In this document: positions 23,160 through 35,330 of the stretch, one piece after another | Layout: every line of letters starts with the position of its first letter | Position numbering within the stretch: the first letter of the stretch is position 1 | Assembly: GCA_017499595.2 (NCBI GenBank) | Contig: CM039000.1 | Span: forward strand, 4,092,001-4,156,000 | Direction: 5' to 3' | DNA length: 64,000 nt | From: Psilocybe cubensis | Taxonomy: Eukaryota | Position numbers and translations under genes: made by a program | The notes under the pieces: model-generated | Seen by the model: only the letters and a program-made list of their open reading frames with translations | Told to the model about the DNA's origin: nothing | Database searches by the model: none

Positions 23160-26100
23160 AGGATCAAAGCCAGTCAGCCACAATCCCAAAAAACACAAAG
23201 AATGAACAAATAAAAAGATCGACGTACTTTGGCGTATAGAGATTCTACGACTTTGCTAATTTGCTCGATTGTATCGATCGCAGCGCCATATGTGTTCTAT
23301 CCGCACAGAAGAACGGGGCGTATGTCAGTATAAAAAATAACGATATAGCGATATAATGATAGAGCGATATAGCGATATAATGAGGGAGGACATACGTCAG
23401 CTTCAGGTTCGTCGTAGATAATCAGACAGTCCCGTCCCTGATCAAGAACACCGAATAGCGTCTTGTCAAGTATCATCTTCGAGAGCCTATGTGTACATAT
23501 ATCAGCGATCAACATGGTCAGACGAATAACACGCGAAGAAACGAAAAACGAAAAACGAAAAACCAAAAAATAAAAGTAAAATAAAATAAAATAAATAAAA
23601 TAAAAATAGAAAGAGATAAACGCACTTGCTCTCAACACTCTGCCTCTCCTGCCCAACCTGCTCCGCAACATACCCAATCTCGACGACGGAGTAGGGCTCG
23701 ACGACGCGCTTGAGGTTGCCCTCGAAGAGCGTGTCGTACAGCTCGGAGAGGTGCGTGCGGATTGTTGGGTCCGATTGGAGTTCTGTGGGAGTGGGTGGGT
23801 GGGGTGGGGCGTGGGACGTGGGGGCGTGGGCGTGGGGCGTGGGCGTGGGGCGTGGGATTGGGTCGTGGTGTGTGATGGCGTGGTGTGGGAGGTGGTGTGT
23901 AGTGTGTGATGTGATGTGGCATGGAGCGAGGTGTGGTGTGGATAATAGGACGGAAGGAACGAAATAAGACATGGATATGGAAAGACAAAGTCATCAGTAA
24001 ATATACCACATTATAGCCATAAAAGAGAGATAAAAAATCGAAGAATCAACAACGCAGAAAAAAAGAGAAAAATTAAAAAAGCTGAAAAAGGAAAAGAAAA
24101 GGAGCGAGGAGGATATAACACGATACCACGTTAACACGATGATACGATCACCCGCACCCGTACCAAAGCACACGCACAGCGACGGCGCGTTCCGTTGCGC
24201 ATACGATACATTATGGAATTGTCAGCGGGTCAGGTGTGTCGTGTTGCGCATCGCAATTGTGTGTTGTAGTTGTGCGCGTTGCATTGTATTTGTGTGCTAT
24301 CCATTATGCATTATGCATTATGCACTACGCGCGTAAACGCTTCGGACCCGCTTGTATGAAATGCCGCGATACGCAACGGAGCGGCTTGGTGGCGATGGGG
24401 ACGACAGGCAGGGACGATGATGAGGATGGTGAGGGGAAAGCAAGGGGGATGTGGTTTATGATGGTGGTGTAGCTTGCGCAAAACATTCGGAATATAACAT
24501 GTATCCGAACAAGCCAACCATCCGATCGTATAAGCCGCAAAGGCCATAACCGCGAAACTCGGTGAACTCGCACAAGTTCAGAGTCAAATGCAAGTCGTAC
24601 GTGTATCCGAAAGAGGGAATGGAAAGACCATAAATGGACTTGACTGGATTCCTCCGAACTTGGCGCATGGCAGAGGCGAGAAACATAGAAACAGAACTTT
24701 CCAGAAAACAAAAGAAAAGAAAATAAACGAAAAGAAAAGGAACGAAAAGAAAGACAAGAAAAGAAAGAAGAAAAGGAGAGAAGAGACGAACGTACCCTCG
24801 CGATACTCCCTCAACACCTCTCCAAACTCCTTCAGATCTCTCCGCTGATGCGCACGCGCGACGGCACGCATACTCTGCACGTCCCGTGTCTGCGCGTAGC
24901 TGTTGGCGAGTTTGAGTGTGAGGAGCGCGTTGACGTCTTCCGGCTTTTAATTTCAAGGTGACGGGTGTGGTGAGCTGATACAAAAAAGGAGGGGAGGGAG
25001 AGGAGGGACGTACGAGGTTCAACATGACTTTACACAGTAACATGTACTTCAACGCCGAGAGCGCCTGTCCAACCTGCCCCTGTGCATTCTTACCCTTCTC
25101 CGAGTCCCCTCCCACTCCCGGCTCTTTCGCCCCGTCCTCCTTTTCTTTATCCTGAGGTTTGCCGCTTAGACCCTCCTCGCCCGCGGCGCTGAGATTCTCG
25201 AACGCCTCGAAGAAGTAGGAGTACGCGGTGCTGTAATCTTTGTCTTCGGCGTGTAGGATCCCGGATTGCATGTCGAGTTGGGATTGGAGGTAGGGTGGGC
25301 AGTAGATCGAGTTGGCGGCGGTGCGGGAGGAGGTTAGGGAGGCCTTTATTGTGGGTGGATGGATTTGTGAGTCTGTGTTGGAGGGAGAGGGAGGAAGGAA
25401 GGGAGGAGGGAGGGAAAGCGTACCTTTGCCTTTGCCATGTTTCCGATGCCGCGGTATACCCTGCTTTCGAGGAGGTGGACTTCGGTGAGGATCATCTTGT
25501 CGTCTAGCTTCTTGAGCTCTGTGAGAAGTGTCTCGATGAGCGCGAGGGCGGGTGTAAATTGCCGTGCTTCGAGTTGACTGGTTTAGTTGGGTTTTTTTGT
25601 GAGCTTGGATAGAGGTGTTTGGGATGGGAATACGTACAGCGCAACGAGCCGTGTTTCGAGCGAGTGTTTGAGGAAGATGCGTTTTTCTTGTTTGGCCCAT
25701 GCGATGTTGTCGGTGAGAGTTTTGATTTGGATTTGTTGGCTGTTTGGAATGGCGGAGAAGAAGTCGAGAAGGGTGCGGACTGGACATCCGAAGTCGTAAT
25801 TGTTGTTTTGAGAGATCGAGGCAGTTGAAAATCGTCAGTTACATGTAGAAAATACATTGAGAAGGTGTGTGGGGTGGATACGCACTTAGCTTTGCTGTCT
25901 TTGCTTTTGCTGTTGAACTCATGAACGCCCGCGAGGCTGTGATCACCTCTGCCAGTCCAGCCGCATACTTCTGGTCCCGATACAACTCTCCAAGTTTGAC
26001 AAGCGCAGTTTCCTGATCGCGCAGGACTGTAGGATCCGGTGTGGTGTTGGTGCCTGCAGTAGAAGAGGAGGTGGAGGTGAGGATCTGCTTGTAGAGCGCC

Positions 26101-26186
26101 TCTGCTTCCTTTGGGTTTGATTTGGCGAGGGTGTCGGCGCGCGCGAGGAGGTCGGAGACGGAGGTCGAGGTCGAGGTAGACGCCAT
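23087..26186 (-). CDS. RPN6: 26S proteasome lid subunit Rpn6 (PSMD11), multi-exon
   Basis: [87 protein letters not shown]-terminus SLYAK|TVKIA-stop. Confidence 0.95.
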
Positions 26187-26387
26187 GGATGTGGTGGAAG
26201 GAAGTTGAGAGATGAGGAGAGATGGAGATTTGCAAGGGGGACACGCGTCGCACCCGTGGGAAAATCAGAGCTGACGCGTCGCCTGCCTCTTTCTTCAACT
26301 CTTTCTCATTTCTCTCTCTTGTCGACTATTCCTGGGTTTCTCGTATAAAACATATAATCCTTCGATAATCAGCTTATAACGTACAAG
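26187..26387. promoter_or_regulatory. Putative bidirectional promoter shared by RPN6 and RPN7
   Basis: Only 201 bp between divergent ATGs. Contains ACGCGTCGC twice (26243-26251, 26274-26282) flanking CGTGGGAAAA (26255-26264). Confidence 0.7.
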
Positions 26388-27915
26388 ATGGCCGACGAAG
26401 TAGTTCTCCCGATCCCGAACCTCGAACTTCCTGAAAAGCTCTTCATCCTCTCCAACCCTGCCCTCAAACACCTGCACGACGAGGCACGCCGTGTGCTCCT
26501 CGAGGGTCTCAAAGCAGATCGTGCGTTTCCCTTCCTCATACATACTTGCAGCCCACTTACATGAATTTGCGTACCTATACACACACAGAGATGGGCCCTT
26601 ATTACCGCACACTCACGTCGTCCCCGTCATCCCCGCTCCCGCTGGACGCTGCGCTACTGGAGAGTATGGAAGCGGAGAACAAGGCGGAGCTGGAAAAGCT
26701 CGATGAGCGTCTAGCAGAGGCTGAGAAAACGGAGGGCGAAAGCGAGATCTCGGACGCGCTCAAGGCGCGCGCAAACTATCTGACGAGGATCGGAGACAAG
26801 GTGAGCCTCGATCCCTCTGCTGGCGTATGTATGCGTCTAACGTTGATTGATACGTGTGTGTGTACAGGAGAAGTCGTTAGCGGCACAGAGACTTGCGTTG
26901 GAGAAGACGCCTGGACTTGGGTCGAGGATCGATATCACGCTCACGATTGTGCGCATTGGGTTTTTCTTCAACGATAATGCGGTTATAACCACCAACATGG
27001 CCGATGCTGAAAAGTGTGTTTTCACCCTCTGTCCCTTATTCCCATCCTCATCTTACCCTACCTACCCACAGACTCATCGACGAAGGCGGCGACTGGGACC
27101 GCCGCAACCGCCTCAAAGTCTACCGCGGCCTACACCTCCTATCCACCCGCCAATTCAAACGCGCCGCCGACCTCCTCCTCGACGCACTAAGCACCTTCAC
27201 CGCCTCCGAGCTCCTCTCCTACACCCGCTTCGTCGAGATGACCGTCATCGCCGCCGCGCTCGTGCTCGGCAGAGTCGATCTGCGGAAGAGAGTGATGATG
27301 GCGCCGGAGGTTGTGCAGGTTTTGCCGGACGTGCCGATTTTGGGGGAGTTGGTGGGCAGCTTTTGGGAGTGCAAGTATGATAAGTTTTTTATTGCGCTGG
27401 GTAGGTCGTCGGTTTATGTTTGTCCGCGGGGTTTTTTTGTACTGAGTGGGGTGAAGCTACGCTGGAACAGACGCACCTTTTGCCTTCGCGTACGCTCTCA
27501 CCGCATGCGCGGTTCTATACACGGGAGATGCGTATCCGCGCATACACACAGCTATTGGAGAGCTATCGGAGTTTGACACTGGAGAGTCTAAGCGCTGCGT
27601 TTGGAGTAAGCGTCGAGTTTGTCGATAGGTGAGTTTTCTTTTCCTTTCTTTACCTCTCTTCGTTTTTCTACGGCTGCTTCAACTTACTAACCCACACCCT
27701 CACCCTCACCCTCACCCCACCCCGTCTAATAACACACCCCCAGCGAACTATCCCATCTAATCGCACTCTCGCGCCTCCCCGCCAAAATCGACAAGGTGCA
27801 CCGGATCGTGAGCACGACGCGCCCGAGCCTTAAGAATGCGCAGTATGAGGTTGTGGTGAAGAAGGGCGATGTGTTGTTGAATCAGGTGCAGAGGTTGAGT
27901 AAGGTTTTGTATTAG
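26388..27915 (+). CDS. RPN7: 26S proteasome lid subunit Rpn7 (PSMD6), multi-exon
   Basis: [72 protein letters not shown]...[16 protein letters not shown]; stop TAG 27913-27915. Confidence 0.95.
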
Positions 27916-28124
27916 CGAGTGGGATTTTTTGTGTTGGTCTTGTTGGATGGGTGGGGAGGAGGAGGGGTTTGGTTTTTTCATTTTTTTTTTCTTTTTTGTT
28001 TTATGTTGTGTAGATACAGGTAAAGTGTCCCCGTGAAATATAGGACAATCATTTCAAGAGTCTATGCGCGCTAGTGTGTGCGCTAGAAGCCCAAAGGCGA
28101 TGTAGAGCCGGACGCCTCCATTCA

Positions 28125-28722
28125 CTAAGATTGGGCTCATCAGGAACCAGCACCCCCTTAGGTAAGCAAAAGTTGGCTTACCTCCGAACCTTTTCAACCC
28201 TTCTGCACTCACACTATTCTACATTTTTGAACCACAGATATGTAGGTTATGCTTCTTTGAACACATCTGTGGTTTTTTTTTTCAAAAAAATTTTGATCTC
28301 AAGAAGTTATAAAGATTTTAATTTTTTTCCTTTTTTTTTAGTCTAACACGTCAGAAATGGTGTTTTCTCGAGTTTGGGAGATTTTCGAAAATTTGACAAT
28401 GTTCTTTTGGCCGCTTATATAATGGTACACGTGACCACACGTGACAATAAGTCACGCCTAAGTAATACCTCTCAGACTCATTATGGACTTCCAGAGACTA
28501 CAATTTGACCTCTGAGGTGTAATTCTATTATTGTGGGCATAAAGGCTAGTAGTAAGGATTGTATATGCACATTTATGAATTTTTTTTTTTTAAACTTTTT
28601 GTCTGAAACCATTTTCCGTCAACATAACTTTTGATTTTTTTTTCGAGCTGGATTTTGGCCGCTCTTGGCGCCAAGCCCATTGATTACGTAAGGGTGCTGG
28701 TTTCTGATGAGCCCAATCTTAG
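28125..28722. mobile_element. MITE-like non-autonomous DNA transposon (about 600 bp)
   Basis: About 30-bp terminal inverted repeats CTAAGATTGGGCTCATCAGGAACCAGCACCC / GGGTGCTGGTTTCTGATGAGCCCAATCTTAG around an AT-rich non-coding interior. TSD ambiguous, possibly TA. Confidence 0.75.
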
Positions 28723-28836
28723 GACTGTGAGATGATTCTTATGTCATGACGGCGTTTCTAAATTCTATAAGTATCAGCCGTTTAGTCTCTTAAATCTTGA
28801 CACAACCCCTCAGCTACGTACATTCATTGTCAACGT

Positions 28837-29582
28837 ATGGATAACAACTTCACTTACAACATTGGTGAGCAGTTGGTTACATGTGCAGTTGGTGAAGATG
28901 AGCGTTCTCATTGAATTTAAATTATAGAAAGGGTAGTAAACCCTGTACGTGGCAAGGCACTGGAGGGAGGACCATGTGCGTGTACCCTGCTGTCCATGTA
29001 GACTCTACCAAACCCATGAGAACCCATAGTCCCCCCTTACAAATGTCCGCGCCACTGTGAGCTACCATTTACTCTATTCAACGTCATTCCCGATCAACTC
29101 ATATGTTCTACGACGTTGTTGCTTGCTTTGATCTCCTCATTAGACTACCTCCCTATAGGTGCCTGGCCTCGCGACTTGATATATGATGCGCTCCCCGGTG
29201 GGGGGAACTGGTACACTCACTTTTTCGATGCGCTCGCGCGCAGTAGAGGGCGGGAAGTGACGCATGCGGAGATATTGGAGAATGAACAGGCGTATGCGGA
29301 TGCTACCAATCTGATTTTTTTCGCTTGCGACTCGCTTTATGCTGCTACGGTTAATGTTGGTTTGAGTTCTGCTCCTATTGCTCCTTGCATGACTATAGTT
29401 TTTTCTCAAGATTTTTTTTTCAGGGGTATCAAGTGGATTCGGAGGGGAATGTATGCAGTGAACGCATCCCGATTATTATTTTGGGCCTTCCGAATAAGCC
29501 TCCCAGGGATGATCAGATCGAACTCGTGCTGGAGTTGTTGCAAATGAAAAAGGAGGATCTGATCAAGATCAGGCTCCCGTAA
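28837..29582 (+). CDS. Hypothetical small protein, spliced
   Basis: ATG 28837 with GT-AG-delimited exons; YLPIGAWPRDLIYDALPGG... and a final exon GYQVDSEG...IKIRLP-stop. Family unknown. Confidence 0.5.
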
Positions 29583-30139
29583 TACTGTTCAGGTGTAAGC
29601 GCAGAGGGTGATAATTAATAGTATGAGAGCGTCAATTTTTGCAAATGTTATGAATTTTATTGTCGAAGCGTCTGGTATCTGTATCAAAGGAATGAAGCGT
29701 AGTAAAATGTTGGTGGGAGTGGTAATCGGCAAAATAATCAGGAGATGATTCGCAAACCAGTCTTTTTAGCTTATTGAGCTGGCTCCGCTCATTTTTTCAC
29801 AAGTTGCCATTTGGTACATAAGGAGGTGGTGGGGGTAGAAATTTGTGGAACGCGCAACGTAACGCCGAACATTTATTGGCAGTTGGAAAGTGAATCGGCG
29901 AAGGGCGGCGAAGGGATGTAGTGTACAAAAGAGTTGTTATCCGGAGAAGTTATGAGGGAGGTCGTCATCACCGACATCAACTAACACTCACAATCATTTT
30001 AATTGAACGGCAGGTTGAGATGGTGCTTTGGGGTTTTTTGACAGTGGTGAGACCAACACCAAGCGTGATGCAATTGCTTTGTACGACTTGTACACCCGGC
30101 GATGAGCAAACAACGCTGTTTTGCATAAACACAAAGGTA

Positions 30140-30661
30140 CTACACAACGTCTGCATACAATACGGAAGAGGATAGGGGGCAAAGATAGGCACCGAAAACA
30201 TACTCCTCCGTGATCACCAAATCCGGCTTAATCCCCTTCCTGTATTTGAGCGGGCAGTCTGGGAGGATATTGCACCGTTTGTGGAGCAGCACACCATTGA
30301 GTATGTACAACTCGTTGAGCTCCCCTCCTGAAATCTTCTCGAACAGCAGAGCGTACCACTTCGTGTTGACAACGCATTCAAGGTTGCGCTGTCCATGCAC
30401 GATTTGATGCCAATAGAGGTCTAGATGACTCGGGGTAAGAGCGTCTCGGTGTGGGCGAAGGTCGGGATGTAAATGGGATTGATGGTACGTAGATAACAGG
30501 AACTGGGTGGACGTGAGGATATCACGAGAAATGTGGGTGGTGTGTGCATGATTTTGTATTAAGAAGGAAAGAAAACTCACCGCACACCTCATCTTGCATC
30601 TTGTCCATCCCATACACATCCTTCCAGACAGGCAATTCCACGTCAAATTTGCGCAGAGCAT
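30140..30661 (-). pseudogene. Possible coding remnant, unidentified
   Basis: Protein-like stretch HLDLYWHQIVHG...LYILNGVLLHK with a nearby GTGAGT donor; no start-to-stop model could be built. Confidence 0.25.
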
Positions 30662-32319
30662 CGTTACCGTCGTGCGTCAGTCTGTGTAGGTCGTTATGAT
30701 AGCCAAATCAATGAACGCATAGTGTGAAAGAAGAGAAACACGGACAGACTGCCTCTATCACTCTAATCTCCGTTTTGGGTTACAGACAGGGTACTGTATA
30801 CATCGTACATGTACAGAAGCCGTTATTCTTGCGTTATGTGTATGCACCAGTTATCCCTCTTCAAATATGAAGAGGCCGTGGAGATATTGAGTGCAAGGAG
30901 GGAGTTTTGATAGGGGGTCCTTTAAATCAGACATGTCAGTTACAATAAAACAGGAACCAAAAGGACACATACTAATAGCGAAGGATCATTTGTGGAGGTG
31001 AAGCTGAAGCAAGTTGAGACGAGACAGACGACGCGATTCGCGGATTAGTCAGCCAGTGATGTTCGCGCGCTCGGGCCATGCCTACCAGCCTTGCCCTCTT
31101 AACTTGTGGGCGACGCGCACATTCTACGCATTACCAGCATCGAACGGATTAAAGAAGTGTTATAATTCGATCCAGGAACTTATTTTTTCTTACAGGAATC
31201 AAGCCTCCTTATTGGTTGTACAAGTTGAACGGGAGCACGCGGCTCATAATAAACACTCTGACGCATTACCTCTGTACGCACCATTAGTCAAGGCACTCAA
31301 CAATTGGTAAGTATACATCTTCACTTGAGCTATTCATTAACGGAGCACGGTGTGTGATACACCAATGGAGGGCGTGACTGGTGGTGCACTACCTGTTTGC
31401 AGCGGGGAGGCATCAGAAGGTGGAGTGTGCGGTTCCGTGATGGAACGAGTACTGCAATTGTAGAGCAAGGGTAGGTGTTGAGTGTAACGAAAAAGAGATG
31501 GGGACTGTGGAAGGGGGATTTAGGGTTTATGGTGAGATTTGTGGCCTTACGCACTCGCCCACCCATCAAGATATACCGCTTCAAAGCCATCATCATGACC
31601 TATCGCACCCCAACCCACGCCTCACTCCCCTATAAATGAACGCGGGTGACAGTCACTTTAACGAGAAAAATGGCATGGGACGCACTACTAATATAGACTG
31701 AATAACGGGCAGCGGGGAGAAGCCATTCAGTCACTCACACCCACTCTTACATACCCTTTCCACCTCAAAAACATCATACAACCTTCCCACACCCTGCACC
31801 TGCACCTGCTCACCCACAAACGCGTCATTTCTCAGTGGTTTTTCCCCCACTTATCATGAAAATCTGTACACGCCAACATCGGGGCCGACACCTGCACACG
31901 CATACAACCCGTCGGCATCTATGGAATTTGGCTGAGGATGTTGTATTGGGAAAGCAAGCACAGTATGCGTACCTCATTTTTTAGTACCTTACCAGACCTT
32001 ACCCGGTCAGTTATACTGCATAGTCACACGCATGTCCGATATCAGCGAATGAAAAGACGGTCACAGGTGCTCCTTCATCTCATTCTCCCGCAGGTCACGG
32101 AAGAATACACAATAATTGTGTCGAAATAACACGCCGAAACCGCATAGTGTGAGACTTTTGAATTTGTACGAAGCCTGCTAGTGTTGTGTGCTGTCAACAT
32201 TGTGGATCCAGTGTTAGTTAGCCGTTTGGGGATAGATAACATGAGAAACGGATGTATATTATTACCGTCACAGGATCCCCCACGTATTCCAGTGGTACTA
32301 TCATCTTACTCTAGAAACC

Positions 32320-33104
32320 ATGTTCAACGACTCGGAATCACATAACCATGTTCAAATTGAAGACCTCATCGAAAACGCATTCGAGGAAATCGATCCAGCT
32401 CCCTCCTTGATACGAATAATTAACAATCACCCAGGATACGAAGACATCGAGTTCCTCATCGTTGATGCCTACATCAGAGCCATAGAGCGGATGCCCTCTC
32501 GTGGATACGCCCTCCCCAAGGCCCTCAAAAAACTCGAGGCGATCTCCGCTGACATAGACAATGATCTTGCCAGCACGGTCTACTTCAACGCGGACTTTAG
32601 CAACGTGGAGGCAAGCGAGTATGGCCCAAAGAACAAGTTTCTGATGCACAGCTTTATATCGGGCTTGTCTATCAAGCACAACTTGGCTCAGACCACCACC
32701 ATGTACGCGTTGATTGAAAAGGGACTCGATCCGGACGGTGCAAGACAGAAATGTGAAAGCTTCAGCGGGATAACCAATGAGATATTTGTGGTTGGAGCAT
32801 GTATACAAGTTCTCCTCGCAGGTTCCGTATTGATTTCCGAGAGCGCTGGTCCAAATTACCGCACGACGGCCGACATAGTGGCTAGACAATTAAAGAGCAG
32901 GATGGAGGAGGGTGTGGTCAAGGAAAAGCATGCACATGCAGTTCTCGAGGTTTGTCGATCATTTTTGAACTATATCCAGAGCGTATGTTGGCTAATTTCC
33001 ATATGTTAAAGTTGGCAATCGCCCATGCGGACTCTGGGTTACTCGCTAATAACGATCGTGATGATGTGTGGACGCTTCTATTTCCACCTCCTTCCACACA
33101 TTGA
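32320..33104 (+). CDS. Hypothetical protein, 2 exons, about 240 aa, no signal peptide, acidic N-terminal half
   Basis: Exon 32320-32949, GT-AG intron, exon 33012-33104 (LAIAHADSG...DVWTLLFP); AT-rich TATA-like sequence upstream. Confidence 0.75.
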
Positions 33105-33596
33105 ATTCCCTTTACCACACGTTCAGGAACATCGAATGACATTTGCTAGGTTCTGTATTACTATCTGGCAGTAAATGGCGCTATCTTGAGTCAATGTGTA
33201 CAGCATTTTTGTAGGTAAAAGATTTGGTCCTGGTCATCATTTCAGGATTGTAAGCGAGATAAGGTGTGTGTGTTGAGAGTATAATTGTTTACTCCCCCAT
33301 TGTGGGCTACGGTTGATTAAATTCAACACAAAATATGGAAGCAATTCAGTCTAATCATCGTCCGTACACACTGAGTATGGTCTAATAGCTTTTAACATTC
33401 TAAGCAACGGTGTTTCAAACTTTCATTATTCTTAGATTACCATATACCTGCTGTATAAAAGGCAGATACAGGAAATAGAGTTCAACCCATCATTCAGTCT
33501 GCAAGCTGGTCTTTGGACAAGAAAAGATTTAATACTTACCCCTCCTCCGTATATTCTCGCCTAGTATTCTGAAATTCGATATCAAGACATATATCT

Positions 33597-34681
33597 ATGG
33601 TATGTAGTGAACCAAATTTGAAGTCATGATAACAACCCACTTAACTATGATGACTATTAGATGAATTTCACGACGATTTCTATCCTACTGTACATATTCT
33701 GTCTGGCCCAGGCATATCCAACAGACAACACCCACAGAATCAACTGCCACATCAGCGATTCTTTGTACTGTGGAGATTCTCCTAATGGAATCCGTCATAT
33801 TCAACCCCAATACGACTTCGGAGAACTTGTCTGGCTAGAGCGTCGCATCTCTAGGGCAAAGAAAGATGCGAATTCAGCATCCCGGCTGGAACGAAAGAAG
33901 GAAGCAAAGAAGCAAATCAGGAAAGCCAGAATGAATGCAATATCAGGACACAGAGGTAACGGAGTAGGGCTTCATGCTGTCATACACTCTGCAGTGCAGA
34001 GAAAGAAACAAGAGTTGAAAGATGTTGCCAATGCAAAGCATTCTAAGATGAAGGCGGCTGGGGCAGAACATCGCAGAACCAAAGGACTACCCCCAAGGAC
34101 CGCTCATTATGACTCATGTTCCAGGATTTTCGGATGGCTCTGGTAAGTATCGATACATCTCTCTTCTGGTTGTAGTCTAAGAAAGGCTTAGTGTTCGACC
34201 GGATCTTCATTTTACTGGAAAGGCCGTACGTAAAGCCAACTTTGACTCGCACATAAGGGTAAACGGAAAAGTGAGTGTACAATATTTACCACCAGATAAA
34301 ATACAAATAATTTGGGTCTGATAGAATCAGCGGCCTGTTAGAATATTTAATAACTATGTTCACAAAGATCCTGGAAGTTCTGGAACGACACGTCCTATTG
34401 GCATTATGAGTGGTAATGGACATGAATTTCCCTTGTCAGGCGGAACTTCAGGCGTACAGGTGCGGAAGAGCTATAAAAGTAATCCTGTCAGGATTATCTC
34501 CCAGACGGATGCCGGTGAGAGCTACGTATCCTTTATGTGGTGTTGTCGCTTAATCACTACTGCGTATATGAAACCAGCTGGAGAGCACTACCACGTGGGT
34601 GTCGTTGCTCACGAGCAGTCAAGACTACCTACCCATCCCGCCAAAGATGACCATTTCCAGATTCACCCCGATAATGATTGA
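33597..34681 (+). CDS. Secreted basic protein with Kex2-type site and C-terminal RNase T1/ribotoxin-like domain
   Basis: Signal peptide MNFTTISILLYIFCLAQA and LERR site. In-frame splicing 33661-34142, 34192-34270, 34325-34514, 34578-34681 yields PVRIFNNY...HEFPL...NPVRII...GVVAH...DHF. Possible extra ATG exon at 33597. Confidence 0.7.
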
Positions 34682-35099
34682 ACTTTGGAGTTCGGTGCAA
34701 CATATGATACTGACGACTTACAATTGAAAACACGACACATGTATAGTATTGTTGCCTAATAGTTGGCTCTGTGGGTGGGGTGAAACAATGAAAACGTCAA
34801 CTTTAACAATCAATGCTGAGCTCGAATCCATTTGTTCGGATACATGGCTTTCTACAGTCATCCCATTAATACAGAGGTGGAATACTAATAACAAGTCGCA
34901 CCCAGCATCTACGTTCTGCCACACGACAACGAGAACAAACACGACACTTACGCACATCCCCATTGCTCCTTCCGGCGTTGCGTCAATCGCCAAACCAATC
35001 CCTGCAGCAATATACTTTAAAAGGAATGTGAAGAAGCGAGCGTTGAGTGCCGTACCGGCTGGACACGAGCGGAGAGATGGATTGCGATACTTCTAGAGG

Positions 35100-35330
35100 G
35101 TGCGGATAGTGAGTAGATACAGGCAAAGATGGGAATGCAGGCGGTTAAGCGCATATATGGGAGGAAAAGGATGGACTGGGCAGCGGGGCGAGCCCAAGTT
35201 CGAGAGTAGTGGAAGAAAGAAGCGGGATAAGCAGTAATGATCGCTCACCAGCACCGAGATAGCCACAGAATCCAGTGAGCGGGTAACACCGGGAAAGAGA
35301 TGTATGCGAATGTGTGTAGGTTTGTGCGGT
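35100..35330 (-). repeat. Gene-fragment repeat, paralogous to about 41600-41860
   Basis: CTCACCAGCACCGAGATAGCCACAGAATCCAGTGAGCGGGT matches CTCACCAGCACTGAGATAAACACAGAATCCAGCGAACGGGT; both end an exon (GFCxYLxA) at a GTGAG donor. Confidence 0.6.

Noticed and set aside
24456-25787. 443-aa ORF as a separate gene
   Set aside because: It is a read-through of RPN6 exons and introns in mixed frames.
34105-34142. Possible frameshift in the RNase-like gene (alternative frame reads HVPGFSDGS)
   Set aside because: The phase-2 intron 34143-34191 keeps the main frame open to the end, so no frameshift is required; unresolved without cDNA.
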